Below, one piece after another: positions 8,250 to 18,507 of a DNA stretch of 20,000 nucleotides. The position numbers were made by a program, and so were the translations under genes. The notes beneath the pieces were generated by a model. That model had not been told where the DNA came from, did not search any database, and saw only the letters and a program-made list of their open reading frames with translations. The stretch comes from an uncultured virus (IMG/VR IMGVR_UViG_3300042460_000692) (lineage: Duplodnaviria; Heunggongvirae; Uroviricota; Caudoviricetes): positions 56,912-76,911 of IMG/VR virus record IMGVR_UViG_3300042460_000692. One strand, given 5' to 3'. The number at the start of each line of letters is the position of its first letter. The first letter of the stretch is position 1.

Positions 8250-10082
8250 ATGGCTAAGAAAATATCATACGCAACTAGAGATTTTGCAGGACTAAGACAA
8301 GAATTAGTAAATCTAACAAAAGAATATTATCCTGATTTGGTTAAAAATACCAATGATGCGTCAATATTCTCCGTTTTATTAGATTTAAATGCTGCGGTTG
8401 CAGATAACTTACACTTTCACATTGATAGGGTTTGGCAAGAAACTATGTTGGATTTTGCACAACAAAGACAATCATTATTTAATATTGCCAAAACATATGG
8501 TATAAAAATTCCTGGAACAAGACCATCGGTAGCGCTGTGTGATTTTTCAATAAATGTACCTGTTAGAGGTGATAAGGAAGATGAAAGATATTTGGGAACA
8601 TTAAGGATTGGTGCTCAAGTTTCAGGAGGAGGACAAATATTTGAAACAATTAATGATATCGATTTCTCAAGTCCATTTAACAATAAGGGAGAACCAAATA
8701 GATTAAAAATACCAAACTTCGATGGTAATGATATTTTAGTTTCTTATACAATCACAAAGAGAGAACCTGTGGTTAATGGAGTAACAAGAATATACCGAAG
8801 AGTAATAAGTGAATTAGACCAAAAACCTTTTTTAAGACTTTTCTTACCTGAACAAAATGTTTTAGGTGTGGTAGGAGTGATACACAAAGAAGGAACATCT
8901 TTTGGGACCAACCCAACAGCTTCTGAATTTAACGCATCAACAAATAAATGGTACGAAGTTAAGTCGTTAATACAAGATAAAGTATTCATAGAAGACCCAA
9001 CTTCAGTATCCGATAAAGACAATTTTAGGGCAGGAACTTACTTACAAGTTAATAGTAAATTCTATACAGAATATACACCTGAAAGTTATTTTTCATTAAC
9101 TTTTGGTAGTGGTTCCGTTGACCCACTAGAGAATTTAGACAATTACATGACAGGTCAATTAAAAGTTAACTTGGCTAATTATTTAAACAATATGTCATTA
9201 GGGTCAATACCTAAAGCAAACACCACATTGTTTGTGAAATATCGTATTGGTGGGGGTAAAGATTCGAATTTAGGGGTTAATATCATTACAAGTGTAGATA
9301 GTGTTGAATTTAACATAAATGGTCCTAATAACGCAATTAATTCACAAGTTGAATTATCTTTAAGAGTTAATAATGTAACGGCAGCTGTAGGTGGTGCAGA
9401 CCAACCTACAATCGAAGAAATTAGAAACATGGTTTCTTATAATTTTGCAGCACAAAATAGAGCGGTAACATTAAATGATTATAAGTCATTAATTGAGACA
9501 ATGCCATCCACATACGGAGCACCCGCTAAAGTTAATGTAATGGAGGAAGATAATAAGGTTAGAGTAAAATTATTATCTTATGATGACCAAGGTAATCTAA
9601 CCGATGTAATATCTAATACATTGAAAAACAATATATTAAATTATCTTTCAGAATATAGAATGATTAATGATTATATTGAAGTTGCAAATGGGCAAGTTAT
9701 TGACTTAGGATTAGATATTAATTTGGTAATTAATAAAAACGAAAACCCAACGGACGTTATTAAACAAGTAATTCAAACATCAATAATGTTCTTCGCCATT
9801 GACAAACGTAAAATGGGTGACCCATTATTTGTGGGAGATTTAATTCGAGAAATTGGTTCAATTTATGGTGTTGTTAACGTAGTGGGAATTAAGGTATTTA
9901 ATAAAATTGGTGGTAAATACTCATCATCTGAAGTATCACAATCATATATAGATACAACAACTAAAGAAATACAACAAATTGATACGACGGTCTTTATGCA
10001 GTCAAATCAAATATTCCAAATCAGATTCCCAAATAGTGATATAAGGGTGGCAACTAAACCTTCAGGAACGACTACATACTAA
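8250..10082 (+). CDS. Baseplate wedge protein, T4 gp6 / baseplate-J-like
   Basis: N-terminal RDFAGLRQEL...YYPD, AQQRQSLFNIAKTYG, LTFGSG, YRIGGG..SN, GGAD..TIEEIR, AQNRAVTLNDY. It starts 1 nt after the gp25-like gene. Confidence 0.88.
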   Translation: MAKKISYATRDFAGLRQELVNLTKEYYPDLVKNTNDASIFSVLLDLNAAVADNLHFHIDRVWQETMLDFAQQRQSLFNIAKTYGIKIPGTRPSVALCDFSINVPVRGDKEDERYLGTLRIGAQVSGGGQIFETINDIDFSSPFNNKGEPNRLKIPNFDGNDILVSYTITKREPVVNGVTRIYRRVISELDQKPFLRLFLPEQNVLGVVGVIHKEGTSFGTNPTASEFNASTNKWYEVKSLIQDKVFIEDPTSVSDKDNFRAGTYLQVNSKFYTEYTPESYFSLTFGSGSVDPLENLDNYMTGQLKVNLANYLNNMSLGSIPKANTTLFVKYRIGGGKDSNLGVNIITSVDSVEFNINGPNNAINSQVELSLRVNNVTAAVGGADQPTIEEIRNMVSYNFAAQNRAVTLNDYKSLIETMPSTYGAPAKVNVMEEDNKVRVKLLSYDDQGNLTDVISNTLKNNILNYLSEYRMINDYIEVANGQVIDLGLDINLVINKNENPTDVIKQVIQTSIMFFAIDKRKMGDPLFVGDLIREIGSIYGVVNVVGIKVFNKIGGKYSSSEVSQSYIDTTTKEIQQIDTTVFMQSNQIFQIRFPNSDIRVATKPSGTTTY

Positions 10083-10122
10083 AATGTTTTTTCTTTATAA
10101 TAGTAGAAAATCACATGCTTTC

Positions 10123-10130
10123 TATTTATT
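10123..10130 (+). promoter_or_regulatory. TATTTATT motif, candidate late-gene promoter element
   Basis: 6 nt before the ATG at 10137, within a 54-nt intergenic gap. Confidence 0.45.
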
Positions 10131-10136
10131 AAGAGA

Positions 10137-13100
10137 ATGATGCAAAAACATAGAATTTCAACAAATATCGGTAAAGAACAGAAGGTCACTGTCGAATTAA
10201 AACAAGACTACGACCAACTGGAAATTTTATCCTTAAAATTCTCACAAACAGATGTTTATACATCACTTTGTGCGGACTATGGGGTGGTTTGTGGTAGAAT
10301 TACCGCGAATGACGGATTTGGAATACCTAATGTTAGAGTATCAATATTTGTACCTCAAACCGAAGCAGATTCAACCGACCCCATAATTTCTGCGTTATAT
10401 CCTTACACCGAAGTTTCAGATAAAAATGATGACAATTATAGATATAATTTGTTACCAGCAAGAAAACAACATGGTGGACACAAACCAACAGGAACCTTTC
10501 CAGATCAATCGGATATTTTAACAAGAGAGGAAGTATTAGAAGTATACGAAAATTATTATAGATACACCGTTAAGACTAACGAATCGGGTGACTTCATGAT
10601 TTGGGGTGTGCCGGTGGGTAAACAAACATTACATGTCGACTTAGATTTATCTGATATTGGTTGTTTCTCATTAAGACCTTATGACTTTATTAAAAGAGGA
10701 GAAGGTATTGAGAAGTTTGAAAGATACTATGAATTTAAATCAAGTTCAGATATAGATGGGTTACCACAAATTATCAAATACGATAGAACTATTGAAGTTT
10801 TCCCGTTTTGGGGAAATCTTGATTTATGTGAAATAGGTATATCAAGGGTTGATTATGACATATCACAAAGTGGTATTAGAATCGAACCTATATCATTAAT
10901 TTTAACATCTACAATTACAGACGATAATGGAGATGCCGTAAAAAGAAATGGGGTTATCAGAAGAAATACTGGTTACAAATGTAATCTACAAACTACCGAA
11001 GGTAAAATTTCCGCAGTTAGATACACAGGTAAAAAAGTTTATGGTTCAAACGGGACCACATTATACCCTCAATTAGAATATTTTAATCCATCTGAAACTA
11101 TTGATGAAGATGGTGCGGCAATGGTTGTATTACCAATGAACTTGGAATATGTTTTTACAAATGAATTTGGCGAACAAGAAATCACCAACGACACAAACAA
11201 AGGTATACCAACAACTACAATTGCTAGATTTAAATTTTCACTTGATGGTAACAATGAAAAAACGGGAACCGCAAATTATTTAGTACCACAAATTAGAGAA
11301 TACAACTCAAACACATATGGTCAGAATGATTTAGGTGAGTATAATGAAGACTTATTAACAACATACCAATTTTCTGACGTGTTCGAAGATTATTTAAAAA
11401 TTGCTTGGCCTGAGGGAACAACTGGTTCAACAATGTCAACAACATATCAAAATGACAAAAAATCATTTATGTTGGGTACGTGTACTGGTTGTGATTTAGG
11501 TGTTCCACAAGATGTTTTTTATAAATTTATTTTTGGTAAAGTCTATACGGTTTCATCTTTTCAGGGAACACACTACGAAGTATCTGCGGGAGAATCATTT
11601 TTAGGACTTTCAAGAAGAGATGCATTTTTAGGTTTAAAAGAAATTAGACCAAATACAGAAGATGATTGTACAAGTAAAGCTAATTATTTCCCAACCAATT
11701 TTGCATTTAGAAATAGAATAAAATTTGGACTGATATTATCTGAAGTTTTACTATTCGTACAATATATTTTTACAATTGTACAGATATTTGTTTTTGAGAC
11801 TATAGGTAGAGTTATGTGGAATGTGGGTGGTGCGGCCATGGCATTTAAATTTTTGGGTAAACACTATTTAATGGGAATTGGTGTGGGATTAAGGGAATTT
11901 GCAATGAGGGTAAAAGAGGGGGGTCAAACAATATTACCATTAACAACATACCCCGATTGTGAGGAATGTACAACCGATGTTGATAGTGCAACTCAAAATT
12001 CTGGTGGTGGTAATCTTAGTTTATATAATAGAAGTGCGGAGATTAAAACTATAGTTGTACCATATGAAGGATATATTTATTTGGTTTATTTGTCAGGACA
12101 AACACCAAACTATTTAAATACAAGTACAACAACAGGTACAACATTTTTAACTGAATTATATGCTGGTGAGTCGGCAAAAGAAACTAGTGCAACTGGAATA
12201 ACCGAAAGTCAGATTACATTATTACATACATACTCAAATCCAAACGCAACATCAGAAAGAAGATTTGTTGGTGGAATTTATCCGCTAGCTGGTACTGACC
12301 CATCCACAGACACATTTAATGATATGTTTACAGAATTTAATTCCGCATTTGTAGACGGACAATTAAATTCATATTTTCAATTAGTTAACGTAACATCACC
12401 AACAAATACGGGTAACTCTGTAAAAATTACGGTTATTCCTAATCAAAGTGTTTATGCTGAATACGTTGACGTAGCGGGAGGAGCAATTCCCGCAACGGAA
12501 GATATTGAAGTTGAACTTTTAATTAGAAATAATTGTGATTATACATATAGAACACAAACGGTAACAATTTATAGTGGACAAACAGGTAGCACTAATTCAA
12601 CATTACAATTAATAGATTGTGGAGGAGGTTCTACACAACTAGAAAGTTATGAAAGAGTTAGTTCAATTACACCGGACACATATAGACCATATAATACAGG
12701 TGGAGGAGTATCATATGAAAACCGACCAGCAATTAAGATATCCTATGATCAATGGTCAACATATGCCGGTGTAGATTATTCTAGTGGAGGTATTGATGGA
12801 ATAAGGGACTTATATGCCGTTGTTAGACTTTATGATAAGGGAAGTTTGAAAACAACGGGGGCGTTAGGTCAACTAGTAATTGAACAAGGATGTGCAAAGT
12901 ATGATAAATTTTATGATGAAACTAATGTATTAACATATCTATGGTCATCATCTGGAGGATATGGTACCGCAACTGATGTATCAAACGCGGGTAATACTAA
13001 TGGGACCCAATGGTACAAAGCAACAAAACGTGTAACATATGATGAGGGTAGAACGGTTAACTCATTTCACCAATTGGGAAAACCATTTTATACTAATTCA

Positions 13101-14726
13101 GCATATAGTGAATCGTTAACAAGTCCTGGTTCGAATTATACTTTAGTGGCCGCCATTGCTGGTGACACAACCACAAGGAGACTACCGAATGTTGCAGATT
13201 TAGAGGGTGGAGATAATACATATTCTAAAAAAACAAAATCAGGATTAACTGAAATTAGAGATGGTGTCGTTACAATTGTTCCTGTTATTAACGGTACATC
13301 TAAAAATCAATCAGTAATAAAGGAATGGTATCGAAGAAAAAGAGTTGGTGTTTTCTTTTGTGGTGGAGTAACAAATTATTCGTTCATTGATAACTGGTTA
13401 AATGGTGTACTATACTTTTTTAAATTTGATAAGAGAATAAAATGGGACGATGTAAATGTTTTAGATTTAAATCAAAGAGGTTCAAAATACCCAAGAGAGT
13501 TAGTTTTTTATAATATACTTGACCAACAATTTTATTATAGGGCAACACCATACGTTCCAATAACCGGAACCACAGGTGGATTCATCGGACAAAAACCAAA
13601 TTCAAATAGTGTCTATAAAGAAATATTACACCCAACAACATTTTATGACGTGGGGGTTAGAGATGAATTTTTATATGAAATATGTCAAGATCCAAGAATT
13701 GACCCAACGTGTTCTGTAATTAGAGATGTTAATACAACTTCATATCAAGACCCTGCAAATATTGTAGAATATGCAATAAATTATAGATTAGATATAAATG
13801 GTGGCAAATTTGATGTTGGTGATTTCTTTAGTGGAGCTGGAATGGGTTCCAATGTTGGGGGATTTGACGGAGACATAACCCAATTAATGTCAATAAATTG
13901 TGAGGCAGGTATTGAAGGGTTTGATTTAGATAGTCCACATTATTTTATTTATAATGGTGAATTAATGGATCCGGAAGATGATTATTTTTCATCTTTTTTC
14001 AAACCGACAGGAACATTTGGACCAACACCAATAGATTTAAAATTAGATACAAATGGTTCATTTATAAGACAATGTTTAAATTTTAGATTGGGTGATTATT
14101 CACAAAAGGTGCCATTCTATTTGTGGGATAAAAAGGGAACAGGATTTGGTAGTTATAGTACCGATGAAGATGATCAACAATGGGATAGAACATCAATTGC
14201 ATCAATGAAATTACAAAGAATGTTTTCAATAAGTGGTGCTACCGCAACTGAAACAAATTATTTAATGGCAGATGGTGAAGAAGAATACTTATTAAAACCA
14301 ATGACAATAACTCACCCACAATATTCATTTACGGGTAATACAACAGATATGTTGGAAAGATTTGAAAATATTAGTTTAAATGCACCAAATACTACAGCAA
14401 ATGCTGCTCAATATACGAATGTTGAGGGCGATATTTGGTTACACGTACAATCTGGATTTACAATTGACACATCGGTATGGGTAAAAAATCCGGCTAGTGG
14501 TACAACATATGTTGTGGTAAATAAAACGTGGGTCGAACAACCCGACAAGTACGTTAAAGATTATAGAGAAACTTTTCTATTTCAAACACAAACAAATTAT
14601 GATGGAAGAAAACAAGTATTATCAACACCATTCTTATTTTACTTTGGATTGAGACCCGATAAGACATCATTAGATGCATTAATAAAATATTATGGGCCAA
14701 AAGGAGCCTTCCCATCAGCTGAATAA
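10137..14726 (+). CDS. Large (1529 aa) putative baseplate/tail structural protein with an N-terminal carboxypeptidase-regulatory/transthyretin-like beta domain and an internal hydrophobic segment
   Basis: Long uninterrupted ORF downstream of the baseplate wedge genes. GVVCGRITANDGFGIPNVRVSIF...TVKTNESGDFMIWGVPVGKQTLHV resembles a CarboxypepD_reg-like fold. Hydrophobic stretch at about aa 530-585. Function is inferred from context. Confidence 0.7.
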   Translation: MMQKHRISTNIGKEQKVTVELKQDYDQLEILSLKFSQTDVYTSLCADYGVVCGRITANDGFGIPNVRVSIFVPQTEADSTDPIISALYPYTEVSDKNDDNYRYNLLPARKQHGGHKPTGTFPDQSDILTREEVLEVYENYYRYTVKTNESGDFMIWGVPVGKQTLHVDLDLSDIGCFSLRPYDFIKRGEGIEKFERYYEFKSSSDIDGLPQIIKYDRTIEVFPFWGNLDLCEIGISRVDYDISQSGIRIEPISLILTSTITDDNGDAVKRNGVIRRNTGYKCNLQTTEGKISAVRYTGKKVYGSNGTTLYPQLEYFNPSETIDEDGAAMVVLPMNLEYVFTNEFGEQEITNDTNKGIPTTTIARFKFSLDGNNEKTGTANYLVPQIREYNSNTYGQNDLGEYNEDLLTTYQFSDVFEDYLKIAWPEGTTGSTMSTTYQNDKKSFMLGTCTGCDLGVPQDVFYKFIFGKVYTVSSFQGTHYEVSAGESFLGLSRRDAFLGLKEIRPNTEDDCTSKANYFPTNFAFRNRIKFGLILSEVLLFVQYIFTIVQIFVFETIGRVMWNVGGAAMAFKFLGKHYLMGIGVGLREFAMRVKEGGQTILPLTTYPDCEECTTDVDSATQNSGGGNLSLYNRSAEIKTIVVPYEGYIYLVYLSGQTPNYLNTSTTTGTTFLTELYAGESAKETSATGITESQITLLHTYSNPNATSERRFVGGIYPLAGTDPSTDTFNDMFTEFNSAFVDGQLNSYFQLVNVTSPTNTGNSVKITVIPNQSVYAEYVDVAGGAIPATEDIEVELLIRNNCDYTYRTQTVTIYSGQTGSTNSTLQLIDCGGGSTQLESYERVSSITPDTYRPYNTGGGVSYENRPAIKISYDQWSTYAGVDYSSGGIDGIRDLYAVVRLYDKGSLKTTGALGQLVIEQGCAKYDKFYDETNVLTYLWSSSGGYGTATDVSNAGNTNGTQWYKATKRVTYDEGRTVNSFHQLGKPFYTNSAYSESLTSPGSNYTLVAAIAGDTTTRRLPNVADLEGGDNTYSKKTKSGLTEIRDGVVTIVPVINGTSKNQSVIKEWYRRKRVGVFFCGGVTNYSFIDNWLNGVLYFFKFDKRIKWDDVNVLDLNQRGSKYPRELVFYNILDQQFYYRATPYVPITGTTGGFIGQKPNSNSVYKEILHPTTFYDVGVRDEFLYEICQDPRIDPTCSVIRDVNTTSYQDPANIVEYAINYRLDINGGKFDVGDFFSGAGMGSNVGGFDGDITQLMSINCEAGIEGFDLDSPHYFIYNGELMDPEDDYFSSFFKPTGTFGPTPIDLKLDTNGSFIRQCLNFRLGDYSQKVPFYLWDKKGTGFGSYSTDEDDQQWDRTSIASMKLQRMFSISGATATETNYLMADGEEEYLLKPMTITHPQYSFTGNTTDMLERFENISLNAPNTTANAAQYTNVEGDIWLHVQSGFTIDTSVWVKNPASGTTYVVVNKTWVEQPDKYVKDYRETFLFQTQTNYDGRKQVLSTPFLFYFGLRPDKTSLDALIKYYGPKGAFPSAE

Positions 14727-16522
14727 TGGAAGAGAATAAAAAAATACTCTTACCAAGTAAGAGATTTAAAAAAGCGGATACAGAAGAATTAGATTTAAGA
14801 TTAAATCTTGAAACAACCGAATCATTAATGAGAATCGGTGATAGAGATATTATTTTAGATATTGATAAATTATACGACAAGGAAAGAAACGAAAGTAAAA
14901 AATATAAAATTTTTGGTAAAATAAAAATGGTTTTCCGTAACATGTATAGTGGTAACACGGATTACACTTATTTAAAAGATAGATTATATTTGGTTGGTAA
15001 TGGAACAACAACAGACCACACAGGATTTTTACCTTACGATGAATTTGCATTATTAAGAAGAGATGTTGTTAGAGAATATAATGAACCACAAACAGGTACA
15101 ACATTAACAGGATATACGCAAGCACATTTTAAATTAGTAGGACCAACGGGACACACGATTGTAACACCAATAACGGCACCATATCAAAATTGGAACGTTT
15201 ATTTAAGTTATGTTTATGGTAGTGATTCGGGGTATACAATGACGTATACACTATCAGGAGCAACAAAAACAGAAGGAACTAATATTATACGAAATTTTAA
15301 AGCGGGTGATGGAATTCCATTTAGGGTTTCATATAGTGGAGGTACAATGTACGAATTAACAAGTCCTGTTGAACATGGGATGAAGGCGGGTGAATATATT
15401 ACACTCTCAGGAACTACTTTAACAGGAACAACAACAGGTAGAACATTTTATATTAATACCATAGGAAATGAATTTCATAATTCACAAAATTACGTCATTA
15501 ATATTTTAAAAAATCAATTAAAATCGGGAACCACTTTTACAAATGTTATGGTGGGAAAAAGAGTTTTAGATAGAAATAATATAAACGGGTCAACATCTAA
15601 ATATTATGTACATAAACATAAAACACTAACAGATGCGAACTCATATATTTTGGATAAGGTTGGATTTGAAACACCAATATGGGAAGATGAAAAGAAATTA
15701 ATATTTGAAAATTTCTCAGGAGAGAATGATGTTTTAGTTGAAAGAAATAGAATGGAATCTGTTTTATTTGATTTCAAAGAACCTTTTATATTAACAGGTT
15801 TAACGAATAATTTAGGATACACACCAACAGAAGTATATGTAACCACCATTTATAAAAATGGGCAAGGTTATTTTAATTACCCACCAAAAGTAGGACATAA
15901 ATTTAATTTTCATAATAGTTGGATAGATGAACATTTTAGTGGTAGTACAACGGGGAACACAGAAACTAAAATACCGACAGGTACAACATTCACTAGCAGG
16001 TCAGGAGTTTCAGGATTCACACCCGGAGATGTTATACCTATTGGTACAACAGGTCTTACAGGTGCATTCGTTGAATATAATTCAATTGAACTTAAAGAAA
16101 GAATAATTAGTGAGTCGTATCATAAATTTACAGCACCAATAACACGATTTAATCACAATCAAGATAATAGTGACCCAAATGGACCTTTATACTCAGGTGC
16201 GACCGCAAACAATCCAATTGGATTGTATTATCAACCATTTCACAGAGTTAAACTAAGACAATTGTCACCTTATTTAGAAAGTGCGGCAACAAACGATATC
16301 TATAATTTACCTGAAAATGTTACGTTCGACACAAATGAAAAGGTTTGGAGATGGAGAGACCTATATGACCACGGATATATAGATGTGGATGGTAATGGAA
16401 CTAAGTTTCCATTCACAAACGGTACACATTATGTTAGAACAGACATCAACTTATATTTAAGAAATGAGAGACAATATAACAATAAACCTCTTGGATTGAC
16501 TCCACCTAATTTTGATTGCTAA
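14726..16522 (+). CDS. Putative virion structural protein (598 aa), rich in [S/T]GxT motifs
   Basis: Coupled to the upstream gene by a TAATG overlap; Thr/Gly/Tyr-rich beta-type composition; no family recognised. Confidence 0.7.
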   Translation: MEENKKILLPSKRFKKADTEELDLRLNLETTESLMRIGDRDIILDIDKLYDKERNESKKYKIFGKIKMVFRNMYSGNTDYTYLKDRLYLVGNGTTTDHTGFLPYDEFALLRRDVVREYNEPQTGTTLTGYTQAHFKLVGPTGHTIVTPITAPYQNWNVYLSYVYGSDSGYTMTYTLSGATKTEGTNIIRNFKAGDGIPFRVSYSGGTMYELTSPVEHGMKAGEYITLSGTTLTGTTTGRTFYINTIGNEFHNSQNYVINILKNQLKSGTTFTNVMVGKRVLDRNNINGSTSKYYVHKHKTLTDANSYILDKVGFETPIWEDEKKLIFENFSGENDVLVERNRMESVLFDFKEPFILTGLTNNLGYTPTEVYVTTIYKNGQGYFNYPPKVGHKFNFHNSWIDEHFSGSTTGNTETKIPTGTTFTSRSGVSGFTPGDVIPIGTTGLTGAFVEYNSIELKERIISESYHKFTAPITRFNHNQDNSDPNGPLYSGATANNPIGLYYQPFHRVKLRQLSPYLESAATNDIYNLPENVTFDTNEKVWRWRDLYDHGYIDVDGNGTKFPFTNGTHYVRTDINLYLRNERQYNNKPLGLTPPNFDC

Positions 16523-18441
16523 TGGAAATATTAAGAAAAGATGAAAACCAAAACCTTATCATAAATAAGGAACAGGATTTTCTAAATGATTTAGGTTGGC
16601 AAGAAAATATGATTCAGTTCGAGGATGAAGTGTTAAGTACAATCATTAATCCTATTGAGAATTATGAAACAGTTAGATATATCCACAAGCCATATAATAC
16701 AACTGTTAGCGGATTAACATTTAGCCAAACAGATATATGGTATAATTTTTATTTTGTTAGTGGAACATCATATACCCAAGATTATAATATTGTTGGTATA
16801 GATACTCACGAAAATGCAAAAATGTTAAAACAAGCAACCCAAAGTTTCTTTAGGTTAGAGTTTTATAAAACACCACATATTTCAGGAACAACTTATGAAC
16901 CACCAACAAGAGTAAATAGAAAATTATCATTTGCAAAAAATCTATCTTTACCCTTAGGTGAAAAATATTTTTATACGGGAAATAATATAAATGAGGACAT
17001 ATTCTTCCCTGTTTTTATGGGGTCAAATTATAGAAACAAAGAGAATATGTACTTATTTTGGTTTCAGGATGAAAGTGTTTTATCTGAAACGGTTTTAAGT
17101 GGTGATACATTTTGGATGACCACTAAGTTTTTTAATGCAAATGATGGTACAATATTAGATTTTGTTAATAGACCAATTTATAGTAACGTTGAAATAAACG
17201 AGGCGAATGACATGTATTATAAACTTGTTATTGATAGAACCGATTATTCGTATCAATACTTTAGATACACGGGAACAACTGGAGATAGGGTCGGTGAAAG
17301 TGTCGACTCAATAAAATTTTATGAAAGAAATGGTATTCCTGTACCAACAGCTACACCTACACCAACGCCAACAAAGACCCCAACGCCAACACCAAGTAGT
17401 ACTTCAACGCCAACACCAAGTAGTACTTCAACACCAACACCAACTGCAACATCAACCGCAACACCAACTCCTACTGCAACAACTGACCCAACAACATATT
17501 ATTGGTATGCATTAGGTGATTGTAATGATATGAGATATACATATACTCAAGTAACCAATACTGGTTTTGGTATTATCACAATTCCTGGTTTGTGTGGGTT
17601 ACCAAGTGCAATGGATTATTCCGACCCAGCACATACTGCTTATTATTTTGATACATCTAACCCATGTGGTTTTGGTACAGGATATACAGGGACATATAAC
17701 GCAAGAAGTTCAACTCAATTAACGGAAGGGGATGTTTATACAATAAGTGGAACATGTTATTCAATAATTGAACTTAATTCTGAACCACCAACATGGACAA
17801 TTAATATGGACGGTAAAACAAAAGAAGAAGGTGCAAATCCATGTTTTGATTGTCAACCACCATTTACAGGATTTACATATTATACTTATTCAGGTGTAAC
17901 GTGTGGTGAGGATGAAATCATTGTTTATGATATTTCACCTTATGTGTTGAATTCTATAAGTCCACAAATAGGTCAATTATATTTATATCATGAGTATGAT
18001 GCAAATGGTACATTAGTAAATCCTGGTAATAGCTGTGTAGAAATTACGGGGTATATTGGAGAGTTTGTTGGACCTAAAGTTGTAGTACCATTACCTGGAG
18101 GAATAGAAGGATCAACTTATTCAGTTCCAGTAGGACCAATATTAACTGGAGGTGGTGAAATTAATGATTGTACTGAATGTATTCCACATTGGAATATTAC
18201 AACTGTAAGGTGTGACGGAGATTTGACCGATTTAATTGGTTACCCAATATGGTCAACAACAAAACCAGCAATTGATTCTGTAATTAAAACAAATGCCAAT
18301 GATGGAGTTTGTAGAAAAGTCACAGATGTGTTCCCACTTAAATCCATACCATATTTAGGAGGTTATATCGGTAATATGCATCCACAAATTTACTACGTAA
18401 GTTCAACCTATACCGATTGCCCAACATGTACATCCGATTAA
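16522..18441 (+). CDS. Putative virion protein: N-terminal globular domain, Pro-Thr linker, three Cys-rich repeats
   Basis: The ATG at 16522 overlaps the upstream stop (TAATG) and is preferred over the TTG at 16516. The modular architecture is visible in the translation. Confidence 0.72.
   Translation: MEILRKDENQNLIINKEQDFLNDLGWQENMIQFEDEVLSTIINPIENYETVRYIHKPYNTTVSGLTFSQTDIWYNFYFVSGTSYTQDYNIVGIDTHENAKMLKQATQSFFRLEFYKTPHISGTTYEPPTRVNRKLSFAKNLSLPLGEKYFYTGNNINEDIFFPVFMGSNYRNKENMYLFWFQDESVLSETVLSGDTFWMTTKFFNANDGTILDFVNRPIYSNVEINEANDMYYKLVIDRTDYSYQYFRYTGTTGDRVGESVDSIKFYERNGIPVPTATPTPTPTKTPTPTPSSTSTPTPSSTSTPTPTATSTATPTPTATTDPTTYYWYALGDCNDMRYTYTQVTNTGFGIITIPGLCGLPSAMDYSDPAHTAYYFDTSNPCGFGTGYTGTYNARSSTQLTEGDVYTISGTCYSIIELNSEPPTWTINMDGKTKEEGANPCFDCQPPFTGFTYYTYSGVTCGEDEIIVYDISPYVLNSISPQIGQLYLYHEYDANGTLVNPGNSCVEITGYIGEFVGPKVVVPLPGGIEGSTYSVPVGPILTGGGEINDCTECIPHWNITTVRCDGDLTDLIGYPIWSTTKPAIDSVIKTNANDGVCRKVTDVFPLKSIPYLGGYIGNMHPQIYYVSSTYTDCPTCTSD
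17338..17496 (+). repeat. Pro-Thr linker-coding low-complexity repeat, including a perfect 24-bp tandem duplication
   Basis: Encodes PVPTATPTPTPTKTPTPTPSSTSTPTPSSTSTPTPTATSTATPTPTATTDPTT. CAACGCCAACACCAAGTAGTACTT occurs at 17381-17404 and 17405-17428. Confidence 0.95.
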
Positions 18442-18499
18442 TAACGTTCTTTTAATAAATTATACTTTAGGAACATAATAAAAAAACAAAATAAACAGA

Positions 18500-18507
18500 T
18501 ATTTATA
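18500..18507 (+). promoter_or_regulatory. TATTTATA motif, candidate late-gene promoter element
   Basis: 15 nt before the ATG at 18523, in an A-rich intergenic gap. Confidence 0.5.

Noticed and set aside
7796..10082. Bacterial contractile injection system (T6SS, eCIS or tailocin) rather than a phage
   Set aside because: The baseplate genes are contiguous with phage-type SSB, RecA, exonuclease, helicase and RNR genes, and no bacterial housekeeping context is present.
16516..16521. TTG start at 16516 given by the ORF track
   Set aside because: The ATG at 16522 forms a TAATG stop-start overlap like the one at 14724-14728 and is the more plausible start.
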